A DNA stretch of 64,000 bases from assembly GCA_051530055.1 (NCBI GenBank), contig CM121341.1, positions 6,426,784 through 6,490,783 on the forward strand. Direction: 5' to 3'. The position numbers and the translations under genes were made by a program. Every line of letters begins with the position of its first letter. Positions within the stretch are counted from its first letter, which is position 1. The stretch is from Neoechinorhynchus agilis. Taxonomy: Eukaryota; Animalia; Acanthocephala. Under the pieces are notes generated by a model, which saw nothing but the letters and a program-made list of their open reading frames with translations, did no database searches and was not told the DNA's origin. Below are positions 48,830 to 61,647 of the stretch, piece by piece.

Positions 48830-49863
48830 TCGAAAATTATGAATAAAGTTCATGTTTTTGTCGAGAACAAACTTTTGTTGATACGTTGAATATTCAATAG
48901 ATAGCAAAAAAAGATTATGTATCTGAGAGGGATCGTTGAAGTGTCTCAATCATTTCCAACTAAAAATTGTAAAATTTCAAACGGAAACTATACTGTCGTG
49001 TGATTTGTGACGGTTATGTGCTTCTAATTTTTAGATTTCTCGGGTTCGCATAATCACCTCAAAAAATAATGCAACAAATCACCTCAATGTTCCCAGGCCA
49101 CACAAAAAAATTAAACGATTCGACAAAAATTACCGTAAAAAAAAGATAAAAGTGTTTATTGATCAATAAAAGAACATTGTTCTTGATTTTGCTGCACTTG
49201 TAAATTCTTTTTTTTTAAATCATCGTTCTCACTATCTGGTTTCTCTTTTTTTTGCAAAACTGAAGGAATAATGCAGGACCTTCATTGTGTGTTGGTTTCA
49301 ATAGTCCTCAAGAATGTGATTTTGTGCATTGAATCAAGGACTATTCTAAATGTTATTTTATTGTACATCATTCAGACTTTCCAATACACGACAACCTAAA
49401 GACGACAAAGTCTGATCATTGTGCCATCAAATAAATAGGTTCTGTGTTGTGACTACAACATTGGCCGCAAATGTAAGAGTCGGACATTAATTGGCTGCGT
49501 GCCTATTTTCTCTTTCGGTCAAAAATATCACTAAAGATGTGAGTTTTCGGCTTGGACACGGTTAGAGTTTTCCTAAGCAATGCGGTTTGAAAATGACCGA
49601 AAATGTCAACGTCGACTTACACGGTTACGGTCTACTAGAAACCACAGAGATATCTTAACTCGGATGTCGCCGTAAAAAATTGAAGCTAGAGAAGGATCAA
49701 AGAATCTTTAAAAGAGGAGTTCATTGTACTTTAATTTATGGATCTGGTAGGATTGCAAGCGAGTAAAGAAATCCGTTACATGTTTACCGAACAGGTTGCT
49801 TGCATCTTTTGATTGAAAACTTTAAATCTCAATTGGTCTTCAGTAAACGTTGATCCCTTTTAG

Positions 49864-50364
49864 ATGCATAGCGGAAAGTGGTTTACGCTTGGATTCTCAG
49901 TCTTTTTCACGCTTATTGGTTTAGCTCGTCTAACATCCGGCATATTGATTGCAACAATATCAGCCGTCCGGGAGATGATTTGGCCGCAGTTGGAAGTAAC
50001 TCCTAATTTCGGCGATCATCCAATTTTTTGGATTATCATTGCACTCTCAATATTGCTTAGTTTGGCTACAGTCATAGCTGGAATCTATGGAATTCTCAGC
50101 ATATTTATCAACTGTCAATGCTTTCGAAAAAATTGTAATCTGTCAAACTGGATCATTGCTATCATCAACCTGGTCTTTCACATCATTTTGCTAATTTACA
50201 GCTACGTGTACAATACTGAACAGCAATTGGCAATCAACGGTTCATATATTCTGATTGCATTGGTAGCAATTGACATGGTGCAAGTGGCTACATTTTGTGT
50301 TCTTTGGGTTGTTTTCCCATTGCCATCAAAAGCGTGCGACATTGGTTTTTACCATGTTCGTTAA
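49864..50364 (+). CDS. Intronless four-TM membrane protein, paralogue of 51550
   Basis: Four hydrophobic segments; shares MHxxK start, G-x-L, NxxFHxIL and DIG/DLG tail with 51550. Confidence 0.75.
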   Translation: MHSGKWFTLGFSVFFTLIGLARLTSGILIATISAVREMIWPQLEVTPNFGDHPIFWIIIALSILLSLATVIAGIYGILSIFINCQCFRKNCNLSNWIIAIINLVFHIILLIYSYVYNTEQQLAINGSYILIALVAIDMVQVATFCVLWVVFPLPSKACDIGFYHVR

Positions 50365-51549
50365 TAAATAAACTTTCTCTTTTAACACGAGAATTTTAAA
50401 GGCTTTCTAACAAAAATCGCCATTATTCGCTGAGTTGTTCTCGCTTTAATTTTTGTTCGAGATCAAATTGTAATAACACGTTTCACTTGTTAATCCAAAA
50501 AGAATAGGACCAATGTTTTCGTTTGAGTCTTCACAAAAACACTCGATTTCTGATAAGCTAAATGAATGTTGATTATGGAGTGGATCGCGGGTTCGGTTGG
50601 ATCTTTTTTCCTTTTCATTTCGGTTGATGGGGTGGGAAAATGAGGGGAGGATGAATTGGGATTAGGATTGTTTTGTTCACGTGAAAAGGGAACGACTTTA
50701 GAGTTATTGTTCAAGCGCTCGCGTTTCCTTGGAGTCAGCCCACGCGATCTAGCACATTTCTATTGGTCCGTTGTGATCCCCGCAATCTCCTTTTGCAATT
50801 TATCCACCCATCAACTGCGCTAATAAACGAGCCTGCAAAATTTGCTCCAAGGACCTCCCACCAATCGAAGAACACCTTTCCAAAATCTTCGATAAATACA
50901 CGACCTCCTTGCGTTCCCTTCCATCTAAATTTCTGCCGTTCATCTCGCCAAGGGAACCCGTCCGAAATACACGATGTCCGAACAGATTCGATCCGCCTCT
51001 CCCTCGCTGCACACTATATAAAAGATCATTTTTTGCCCAGGCCTGAATCGGAGGAAATGCGAATGCGACGACTTGCAGCTCATTCCGAGTTACAGTCTCA
51101 ATCAAACAGCACGAATCCAAAGATACATGGCTCCCGTGGTTGTTTGGGTGTGTTTTAGCAAAACCGTGTTATTATAATTATTCGTCTAAATTGTTGATTT
51201 TAGCGCAACTAAACACAAACTCTGATGTTTTCCAGTTAATTAACCGAAAAAGCACTGCCTTCTACATGAAAGTTGCTTCGAATTCCCTCCAACCGCCTTT
51301 TTAGTGCCAATGTTCAGTGATCAATATTGTTCATGGCCTCCCCGCCCCAGTGACCCCGGTCTATGTTTTCACATTACGAACGCGCATTATTTTAAAACTT
51401 TGACAACGTCCGCCATTTCACCTGTGCGTTTTTCTCCATAGTCTCTACAAAGGTTTCATGAGTCATTCCCAACTGTCCTAACCTCACCTAAAAATATAAG
51501 TGCCTCCTCGTCTCCACAATACAACCATCTACACCGGCCCCCTGGCAAA

Positions 51550-52089
51550 ATGCATTATCCCAAGCTCGCCATTGCATTAACATCGACTACATTTTTGTTC
51601 TATGCAATCACACGATTCGTGATGGCCATAATCGCTATAAGTAGTCCAAGTACATTCGGAACAAATCTCACTGAGACCGCTCAAGTGTTCGGAATTGGAA
51701 GTGCTGAGTATACACTTGCTTCGCCCGAAATCGGACTTAGTCTATTGGCGATCATAGTCAGTGTATTCGGAACGTTGGCTCCCATCTCCAGAATGGATAG
51801 ATTGTCAAAATGTGCCCTTCTCGCCATTATACCCGTAGCTCTGGGCAATATCATCTTCCACGGAATTCTGGTCTATCTAGTGTCAAATCAAACATCAAGC
51901 AAGCGAAAACTGGCTTCAATAGTCCAAGGAATCCTTATAGGTTTCCTCACCATTGAGTCCGTCATCCTCATCGCAGCGTTCATCTTATTCGTTGTTATGA
52001 TCTATCTCGGATTCACGTCTAAACGTTTTGATCTTGGTACAAGATCAGCAAATGGAATGTACGACGTACATGAAACGTACAAACAATAA
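51550..52089 (+). CDS. Intronless four-TM membrane protein, paralogue of 49864
   Basis: Same topology and shared motifs as 49864. Confidence 0.75.
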   Translation: MHYPKLAIALTSTTFLFYAITRFVMAIIAISSPSTFGTNLTETAQVFGIGSAEYTLASPEIGLSLLAIIVSVFGTLAPISRMDRLSKCALLAIIPVALGNIIFHGILVYLVSNQTSSKRKLASIVQGILIGFLTIESVILIAAFILFVVMIYLGFTSKRFDLGTRSANGMYDVHETYKQ

Positions 52090-52435
52090 TAAAAGACTAT
52101 CTTTTAACTTGGAAATTAACACGAGATTCAATCATTTGGTAATTATGCCATGAGCGAGGGAGTGGCAGTAGCGAATGAGTTTCAATTAATCGTATTTTGG
52201 TGTCTTAAAAACACACACTTTTGAAATAGTTACCGTTTTTTTGGTTGGTACTTCAAAAAAAAAGAAAAATATATTGTCAGTGGAAATGTTTCGCCAACCT
52301 CCCTCACTATAAATTAGTCATGAATCTTCGAAGAGTAGTTTCGTTTAACAAAAAACGATGAGTACTTTCTATAATTGAGATGCGTTAGAGGTGACTCAAA
52401 GGTGTTTAAAATGAAATATTGAAATTAGAAGAGAT

Positions 52436-52840
52436 GTTATGTTTGAGCATCTAGAAGCTACTCAAAAAACCTATCCAAAGTCTCTCTTTCGACTATATTC
52501 TCGCCTTCAGAGAAACGAATCTTCACAGTAGTAGTCTTGGGGACTACATCTCAGCGTACCTTCAAGACATCTCCGTTCATCTATGAGAGTCATAGACGCT
52601 TACAAAAACGTTAACATATCTCGTCGTATGACTGTAGCATACGACAGCCCATTCTGATAGTAGTACTCCGTAGCTAGGAAGCGAATTTAGCTGAAGACGA
52701 CAGTCAGCTTTATCAAGACGCACAAAGAAACAGCACCGTCGAAAAAATCCAATCTAGGGTACTGCACGGCTTAGAGCTTCGTTATGCTTGCATCGTGCCG
52801 TATCTGCTTTAGGGTTCCGGTGGTAGGATGGACGAAAGCA
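52436..52840 (-). ncRNA. Structured ncRNA candidate (strand inferred; telomerase-RNA-like traits, unproven)
   Basis: Six clean hairpins in ~360 nt, no ORF, more GC-rich than flanks; AACCCUAA near the 5' end and hairpin+ACA at the 3' end on the minus strand. Confidence 0.4.
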
Positions 52841-52908
52841 ACCAAAAAAACACCAACAAACACCAAATCCACAATTTTAGAAGATTGACTATTCTAAGAA
52901 AACGAAAA

Positions 52909-55900
52909 ATGCAACAGAGGAGTCAGGCGGAACAAAGCTTAACAACACAGGAACTACCTTGTGAGTCTCGTTGAATTCTGCCTACAGTTTTAAATCGGGG
53001 TTTTAGCGTTCGTCGCCATTCGACTCGTTCATTTTATATCAGCAATCGTTTTAGTTTGTGCCATTACAGCCGGTATTATTCAAACTCATCGATACTGTAA
53101 GTTTCAATTGAAATTTTAAAATATTGATTCTAACACGCTCCTTTATAGGGATTCCTGTCGTTAAACAAATCATAAATCCAGCCCAAAAAGCAAACCAAAA
53201 TGATTGTCCAGTTCCCGCGCCCAAGAATTCGATCCATAATGATGCAGCTAGTATGCGAGAATTGGATCACCGTATGTTTAAACAAATAAAAAAAGAGAAT
53301 AGCGATTTCTCCGACAAACGAGAGACTCGTCTAAAGGAGGAAGGTATTCTCTTATCAGCAGTTGATTCTGCGATGCAACCCGTTGAGGATCGGGATGAAG
53401 AACAACTAGAAACTCTCACAGCATTTATAGGCGATTCAACGGTGAATGCAAATGAATTGAACGCCACCGGATTATTCGAAGAAGAGCTTGAGGAATCTTC
53501 TAAGATACACGCTGTATTACCGAATACCATTATAGGTACAACCGATGAAACCGCAAAGGAAATTAAAACCTTTAAATCCGACGATACTTCACAGTATATG
53601 GAGTCAACAAAAATCGAAAATAAAGAAGCGCCTATAGTTGTTAAGTCACAAAAGGAATTGCCGAGCGATGAACAAGATTGTGAATCATGTGAAAAATTAT
53701 TAGAAGTTCCGAACAATCGAAATTCGTCGTCTGATTCTAATAAAGTTACAGAAACGTACATAAAATCTTCGTCCGAAATAGTAACGGACTCCACGATTAT
53801 TAAAGAAGATGCTGTCGCTTTACCGATCACAGATGATCCTGGGTTATTAATAGTCGAAGATAACAGAGAAATAGAACCTTCTTCAAAAGATCCATCAAAC
53901 ATCGAAGAAATGCCGGCGAAGGATAACGGCGATTTGCGATCCGAGGATAAGGACTTGAGAGAATATGAACCGATAATCTCAGTAGAGAACGACAAGGATG
54001 CATCAGTAATCTCGAAACGTCCACCTATTGAGTCAATAAAAGCAGAAAATCATACACCAACTGTATTGGAATCCACAGCTTCACGAAACATTCCAGTAGC
54101 CCAGATCGCCAACACCTCGGGAAATTCCATTTGACGATCTTGGAAGTACACATAGAAAAGGATGACGCCCAATCTTCACCAAGTGAACCACCTCAACCAG
54201 TTCCGAAGTCGGACAGTCGTGTAATGTCAGAATTCAGGGAATCTGATGAAGATATCCAAAAATTCATGGAGTCTTCAGACCGACAAAAGGAACTAAAAGA
54301 TTTGCTGGAAGAGGACATTGACTTGGATTCAATTGCATATTGGATTCATACAGAAATCGAAGAGGTTAGTTTACTTGCAAAACAATCTAATATCCCGCTT
54401 GTCTCAATCTTTAGCAGGTGCGTTTGAAAGAACTGGAAAATCAATTATCAGCCCTACTAAAGGATTATAATAGTCCAAAATACGTAAAAGCGTTAGCAGT
54501 CAATACGCTTTTGGAGGATATCAAATCAGCTGAACAAGACGACGATGTGGATCTAGCGCGGTCCGCTCGGATGGGCTATTCACAACTGTTAGAAATCGGA
54601 CATCGACTAGAATTTGATCATAAGACACAGCAAACCATTTTCCGGAACTTGGTTGATATCTGTATAAGGCAGGGTAGGTGAAAATTAAAACGTTATACCG
54701 ACCTTATTGGCGTTGATTTAGCCTGGTACAAAGATGCGATCGATTATGCAGATAGGCTTTTAGAGATGAAACCGAACGATACTGAGATAATGTCGGAGCT
54801 TGGGACTTTGTTGACCTATGAAGGAGAATCTGAAAGAGCCATTCGTATTTTTAAACAAATCATAGATGCAAACGCTGCCGACGATGAAGATAGAAATTTT
54901 GCTTATTTAAATCTTGGGATGCTTACATTACATACTTACCGGGACTTTAAAACTGCGGCAAATTATTTCTTAAAGGGTCTGAAGTTAAACACAGATCCAG
55001 CAGAGGCTCGTTTTTATGCCTATGCGACCGAAGCGCTTATTCGTATCGGAAAATTAAATGAGGTGAGTTGATCCTGAACTCGTTATTCACTTACATGAAA
55101 TCTTTAGGCTTTGGTAATAAATAAGAAGGCGGCCGATCAAGGAATTTTAATTAGTCCGTATCAACTTTCGGCCAGTACCATTCCAAAGATGAGAAATAAT
55201 CGATTTTGGACAATAGAAGAAACGGGTTATGATACGGTGTTTGATTCTCTGCTTAGGTGAAAACAGCTTTTCTATTGTGTAAATAATTGCAAGTCATATT
55301 TGTAAGTTGTAATCTAATTCCTGGCGAGAAAAGGATTTTTCGTCTTGTACTGTGACCGACAAACTTCTTATTCTTAAATTATTCCCTTTTCCAGCAATTA
55401 GACCTGTATTGATGATGGCTGTCCCATATTGAATGCAATTTTTTCGAATCATGCTCCAATCATGTACCTTTCTAACTAATTTCATGTTGATTTCTCGTTA
55501 AATGAAAATAGTTTTTTCTCTCGAAAAATATAAAATTCACAAACATTTTGGCTAACGAATTTCGTAGTTTCGTCTCGTTGCGAGAATTAAACGCCCCTAA
55601 AGATTTCAATGTGCTAGAGTCTACACTGAAGTCAATACTAATGAAACCGGACGTCTTAATATCATCTATTGAACCGTACTTTTCACCTGATGATTCGTAC
55701 AATATGGAAAGAGGTAATGCCGAAATCATTCCATTAATCGTTGAAGGCGACATGTCCGACGTTTGTAAGGACATCACAAATACCACATCAATGCTGGAAA
55801 AACTCTGTTCAAATCTTGGTTCATTTTCGCCTCTCAGAAACTGTAGGGTGTGCGATGCAATGATGCTAAAAATGTCCGAGAATTCTAAATATTGGCCAAG

Positions 55901-56147
55901 GTCAGGAGTGTCCAATTTTCGCTTACGTGCTTTACGACCCATAATTGGCTCAATGGAAATTGAAATGATCGAAGACGTGAACGTAAATTCGAGTCAAACG
56001 GTTGTGGATAATCAATGGCAATTGTTTGACGACTCTTTTTTACACAGCTTAATAAATGGAAATAACGGCAGTATTTACGCTTTGGTTGCCGATATGTGGC
56101 ATCCAGATCTTTCAAAAGAAGACATGTCAAGCATTTCGCGAATGTGA
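52909..56147 (+). CDS. ASPH: Aspartyl/asparaginyl beta-hydroxylase-like protein: type II TM, long acidic stalk, TPRs, C-terminal oxygenase domain
   Basis: TM FISAIVLVCAITAGII; TPR segments; SPYQLS...FWTIEETGY; WPRSG.SN.RLR, FDDSFLH, DMWHPDL; junction near 54090-54160 uncertain. Confidence 0.85.
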
Positions 56148-56970
56148 AATTAAAACTGAGCGTAATGTAAAAAATATAATTTTTATTTTCAGTTTCCTAG
56201 AATCAAACATACCTTTAATCTCGAAGGTTGAATTGCTGCCAACTAATTTTTATTCCGGGCATTAATAAGACGCCACTGTTGCAACCAATCATCGTGTACT
56301 TTTATGTATAATTGGAAGATAAAGCAATTGCATTCATCAGGTGAATTTATCTCTTCGCCAATGAAAATTTGGATTTGTGCCTTCGTCAATTGATACTTTT
56401 TCACCGCACGTCTAATTTATTTACATCTCGAGAGATTAGTTGAACTTGTACAGTGATTTTAATCCTAAATTTTACGAACGACATGAGAAGATGATAAAGT
56501 CGCAAGATTTCACTGACGCAAAATATACTGGAATCCTTTAAAGACTAAAATGTGCAAATTGTTTTAAAACAAGCGATAACGTTTTTTTTTCGTACATACC
56601 GCAAAAAACTCAATTGTTCTAAGAAAGGGAAATCATGATTTGAAGGCGTTTCATCCTTGAAATCCACCTTAAGCTAACGATTTCAGAGAACATAGGGCAT
56701 TCTTGCAGTTGTGTTCGAATAATATTTAAATCTATATTTATAATATTGGTGAACATACTCCTGGCCACTACCTATTTGATTTTGATTTATAGGGGAAATA
56801 TTTCGAAGGAGGTAACCACGCCTCATCAGTCATCTAAAAATATGTTTCTACCACTCAGGTTTTAAGCTCGAGTGCGCGGGATCGCCAAATCCGAAGTTCG
56901 TGGCCAATTATCCGCTACTACGTTTTTTTCCATGATTTTAGCATTGATTTTTAACGCGTCGATGGCAGTT

Positions 56971-57324
56971 TCAAGCTAAAATTAGCTTTATTTCCTTCCA
57001 TTGTGTTAGACACAGCGATGTGTAAGGCCTAGAAAAACGGCTTTGCTCTATTTCTATAAAGTTGGTGCCACTAAAATCCGCTCTATGCTTACATGTCTCT
57101 TGATGATTAGAGATTACCGACGATTGCTCAAATCGAATGCAAGCTTGCTTGTGTTGAATGATCCTCTTCTCAATGCCTTGCATCGTTTGTCCGATATAGA
57201 CTTTCTCACACTGTTCACAGTGCATTCGGTAGATCCCATGAGTCGGCTCAATTCTACCCTTACTCTTGAATGTGCTTCTGAGAGCGATTCCTTTAGTATT
57301 GTATAGACGAATTCCAACCTTCAC
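56971..57324 (-). mobile_element. Penelope-like GIY-YIG endonuclease remnant
   Basis: GIYRMHCEQCEKVYIGQTMQGIEKRIIQHK...SVISNHQETCKH matches the PLE GIY-CxxC-YIG...H motif. Confidence 0.85.
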
Positions 57325-57766
57325 TCTTTCGAAGCATAGACCGGGAGTATTTTCACCAAAATTATAATTTGACTAACCCGAAGGATTTTCCATCAATGAT
57401 TTAAATTTATTTGAAAGTATGTTTGGTATATAAACGACCACAGACATTTAAAAGGGAGTTTAAATTACCGATACGAAGAGGGTGCTTCTGATGCAACCGG
57501 CGCATCCGCCTTTGGCCCGAATCTGCCAGGGCATAAGCGATAAAATCGATTTTTGAAATCAAAAATTATCATATTCAGTTAGCATACAATCAACCAAGAA
57601 AATTAGGAGCTTTTATAGCAGATGAGTCACAGACTTTTTCGTGGGGTTGAATTAATAGCAAAATCAATGAACCTTAGATAGTATTAATTTTGAGATATCC
57701 GAACAAACCAATTTACAGTAATATTGAATCATTTTTTCGGCTAAATCTGAGATAAGCTTGACGCGG

Positions 57767-58597
57767 TTACGATAACGATTTACACATCCACGTTCCATCG
57801 TCCGGTAAATGAGTGTTAATCCTCCCAAAACGGAACACGGTTTCCTTAGGTTCACCAAGATAGAATGCAATTGGTTCACATGGGCGATAACCACAACGTT
57901 CGTAGAAGCCTCGTGCGTTCCTACTTTTAAGAATGATAGATGTGAAGCCTTCTTTACGAAGTTCATTTTCAATCATGTTTAGCATAAGACGCCCTCGTCC
58001 TTTGCCACGTTCGGTTCGATCAATAACAACGGATTCCATGAACACCTCACGTGTTTTATGGATAATGGGACAGTCTAACCTATTAAGGAGTCAATGTACA
58101 GTTAATGTAGCCACAAAAGATTGGAATTTGGGGTGAAATGTTTATTTCAGGCTCATTTTTGTCCATTATGACACTAATAACAGCAATTGTGGCTGAACGA
58201 TTGAGATAATCTATTATGAATTGTGATGGAAATACACCCGGTAAAAGGTATTTTATTGCTAAAAGATAAAACGTTTTAGTGGATCTTCTCTATATAAATA
58301 ACCTATTTAGGAGATTGTTAAACAAGCGAAACAAAATTCAAGATTGCCGGATCAACACACCCACTGCTGTACTTGACCTCAATTCCTAATAAGGTTAATC
58401 TGAGAGTATCCAACCAAACGATGGTTAGTCGACTTCAATAGTATATACGAGACTGGCCATTTACTTTTACATATTTCTTTTAATCTTCTTTCTCTATAAC
58501 CACTGCTTTTTGTGGGCCATTCACTGTTGAGTAAATCGAAAACCTGTTGAATGAGATGCTGTGCTTCTTTGAGTCGCATTAGCGTAAAGTCAGTCAT
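57767..58597 (-). CDS. NAA80: GNAT acetyltransferase, actin N-terminal acetyltransferase-like; two exons
   Basis: LLNSEWP, VGYS, FMESVVIDRTERGKGRGRLML (motif A), GFYERCGY, WMCKSL. Confidence 0.8.
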
Positions 58598-59904
58598 GAA
58601 TCGGGCAAGTGAATCTGAAAACCGGACGCTACATAAATGACAGGAAATTTTTTTCCAGTAAAGTCTATCTAGGAATAGCCACTTAAATATGGGCCGTACC
58701 AGTCGTCTAGTGTATAATAAACAATATTGAATTTTAGTTTAATCCTAAAGTACCACTACGATGAACAAGAGACAGAAATCGATGTACTTGACGGTTGAGT
58801 GACGAGTGTTTTACTCATCAAGAGAAAATCCTTTGGTGAGACAATTTGCGATCTCAATGGCTGATGAGCTTCCCTCGTGAAATATCTCAATAAAACGAAT
58901 TTGAAAAACAAATCGGAATGACATTGTCGAGTGAGACAATGGACGAGATCTTTTCAAATGACAATTAGTTAAAAGGAAAATAAGTAAAAAACGAAGCGTA
59001 TTCGATAATTGGCGTAGATGGCAGTAAGGAACATGATCTTATAGGACAAAATTAGTGCGCGAAATAAGGAAATAAACTTCTTCATAAAATATAATTGTGA
59101 TCTATACGCTTCATTCAATAATGTATGGATCATGGGTACGTTCGCAAACTTTTATTCAGTTAATTTGGCTTCCGGGAATAGTGACAAATTTTTCGACCGG
59201 GAGGCTGGCAAGACTAACAAAAAAATCACAGTTCTGGGCTACACATTCACCTCTCACCAATCCCAGATCTAACGAAAATTAAGCGTCTCTAAAAACTGGT
59301 TGTGCCGAGCAAAAAATATATCGTCACTAAAGTTCCAAAGCTCCTTACTTAATTCTCCTGAAAAATTACCTTTCCCTCGGGTGCAATTTCAGGATCAATG
59401 TGAGAAAGCCGAAACGAAATCACGAGCCTGTACGAATAAATTGTAGCTATCAATTAATTTCGAGAGCCAACGTTAAAAAATAGCTTCAATTGTAACAAGA
59501 GTAAAAAAACTAAAATACCATTCAACATCTAACGGGGATTTGTTCGACGAATTTTGAAAAAGTGCTTACGGTGAAAGATAAACCTTGGACTTTTAAAAAT
59601 AAACCATTGTGAGTTTAAATTCGTTATGTGGCATACACAACAGCACCTTAAACGATTTCCTCTACGTCGCACTGAGGTTTCATTTAATTTAACGTTCATA
59701 TGAATGAATCCCTTCTAGCTATTTGGAAACAACACTTAAAAGTAATAGCTTTATTCTCCTTTAAACCATGGGTTTTTTCTTAAATTCGGAGCACTCGGTC
59801 AAACACCTTGCTTCGTGAACAAAGAGAGCAATTCGTGTTTCCTAAACAAAAATACAAAATAATAAGTACTGCTTTAGCATTCTCAAATCATTCAGATCAA
59901 TACA

Positions 59905-61647
59905 TTACCTTCTCCTCCGTAGCTGATTAAGAAACCGATTCATAGTAAGGGGAAACGAGTCATGTTCCCAAACAACAAATACGATCCCCTGTAAAAACCA
60001 TCCCGCCTCAGAGCACAACAAACTTTAACATAAACGATTACCTGTAGCTGTGCAGCTCGTACAAATCCCCAATTGGACGTCATAGTGACCACTCGAAGTT
60101 TGTCTCCGGTTCCGAATATAACTTTGGAACTAAAAAGCGTAGCTTGACTAAAATCTACATTTGATAAAGATCCTACCGATCACTGATTCGATTGCTATTA
60201 ACTAAGGCCAATGCACGGTCACTGGGATCATTCTCCACGACTTCAATCTTCTTTAATAGATCATCAAAGCGTCTTTTCTCTTTCGGACCTCCGACAGATT
60301 CGACAATGCTTTCCATTAGTTCAATTGCAGCCTTGCATGCAATCATCTTTTTGTCTTTTAAAGCACATAAGTTTAAAGTATTGCTAAAGTGTGAGAACCT
60401 ACGTCCTATAAAACCTTGCAGAATCGGCAATAATCGTCTTGCTCTTTCTTGTGAAGCCGGTATTTCGTGGTACTCGCTATCGAACACAGGAATATCCACT
60501 CCATTTGTAAGTTCAGAGATAAAACATGTCATGGTAGTGACATCCAGATTAACCCGCGTATCGTCAATATCCATCGATTGGAGAGTAGTCAATAAATTTA
60601 TCGGTTTGGGTCTTTCTCCATCAGAACATTCTTCGTCCTCTTCGTCTAATGAATAGCCGGGTTTTTCAGTATCTTCGTTCCGAGGGAAAGTAAGTCGAGT
60701 TCGGCTGAGCCTTTCGTACTTTTAAAAACGTACTTTTTAAGGTTTTAAATCAAACTTTTGTACTCGATTAAAAGTAGAACGGATTGAAAAATCGAGTTCG
60801 CTTTCAGCTGAAATCAAAATTCAGTATCTATGTGACCGTGGAAAAAAAGGCCACGCATAAATACTGTATAAAAGTACGTCAAAAAATAAAATCAAAATGT
60901 TTTTCAAAGTCGCATTGAATTCCGAAAGTGGAATTAAAAAATCGATCTCCGGGCAAAAAATCCAGCTATTCGTCCATAAGTTGGCGCATAGCCCTCGAGT
61001 CTTTTCGTCCACATCAACAATGGTACCTTCAACTACAGCGCCAAGATGTTCTAGTGCGTTCGCAACGGAAGCAGTAACTCCTTTAGAGAAATGGGCGACG
61101 ATTTTGAACCTTTGGCGTTGAAATGAAAGCACGTGGAGATTTGCGGCTTCAAAGTACTCCTCAATAATGGTGACAACTGACTTTTGAGGCTGCTTGCATG
61201 CACCAGCCCAAATCAAATGAACTGATTGAGCATTTCGACTAATGATCTTAATCCACGAATCATTTGTTACAATATCAACGACGATTTTGTCTTCCTTGAG
61301 TTTAAATGGTTTTAAAACGGATTCGGTATTTGGAATTGAGAACGCTCGTTCAGCGATTGCACAGAGATTTGTACAGTTTGAGCTGTATACCCGACTCAAA
61401 GGAACGTTTTCCTTATCCAGAAGCTAAGTGAGAATCGTAAAAACCGGATTGAACATTAATATGTCAGAAAACCCACAGATTCAAGGAACCTCTGTTCGGT
61501 TAGCAATCGTCTTTCCAAACGCTGAATTCCGTTGATTTTAGTGTGAGATTCATGAAAACACAGATCAAGACACGATTTCAACTGAGAAATCATTTGATGG
61601 CACAGGATTTTGGCCTCTGCGGTAACATCATCAAAGCTTTCATCCAT
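59905..61647 (-). CDS. C7orf25: UPF0415/C7orf25 (DUF1308) homologue, multi-exon
   Basis: GIQRLERRLLTEQRFL, SSNCTNL, VDIVTND.WIKI.SRN, RVNLDVTT, GPKEKRR, IFGTGD, TMTSNWGFVRAA.LQG. Confidence 0.85.

Noticed and set aside
52525-52560. 7SL Alu-domain-like TGTAGTCCCC..CTAC on the minus strand
   Set aside because: No SRP helix 6/8 motifs or Pol III terminator at the expected distance
53267-53995. 242-aa minus-strand ORF and similar antisense ORFs (e.g. 31204-31509, 40037-40366, 55472-55942)
   Set aside because: Shadow frames of well-supported genes on the opposite strand
56785-56835. Minimal hammerhead CTGATGA...GAAATAT downstream of the Penelope endonuclease (minus strand)
   Set aside because: Position fits a pLTR ribozyme, but stem II is out of register and stem I has only ~2 bp; at best a dead relic
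58855-58895. CTGATGAGC...GTGAAATATCTCA minimal type I hammerhead
   Set aside because: Stem II has 2 bp with a G-U closing pair, stem I has 3 bp, and no PLE context is evident
60711-60974. GA-AG intron in the C7orf25 homologue (TG|GACGAA ... GAAAG|G)
   Set aside because: In frame and plausible, but canonical in-frame GT donors exist further on and the region is poorly conserved, so it is not diagnostic
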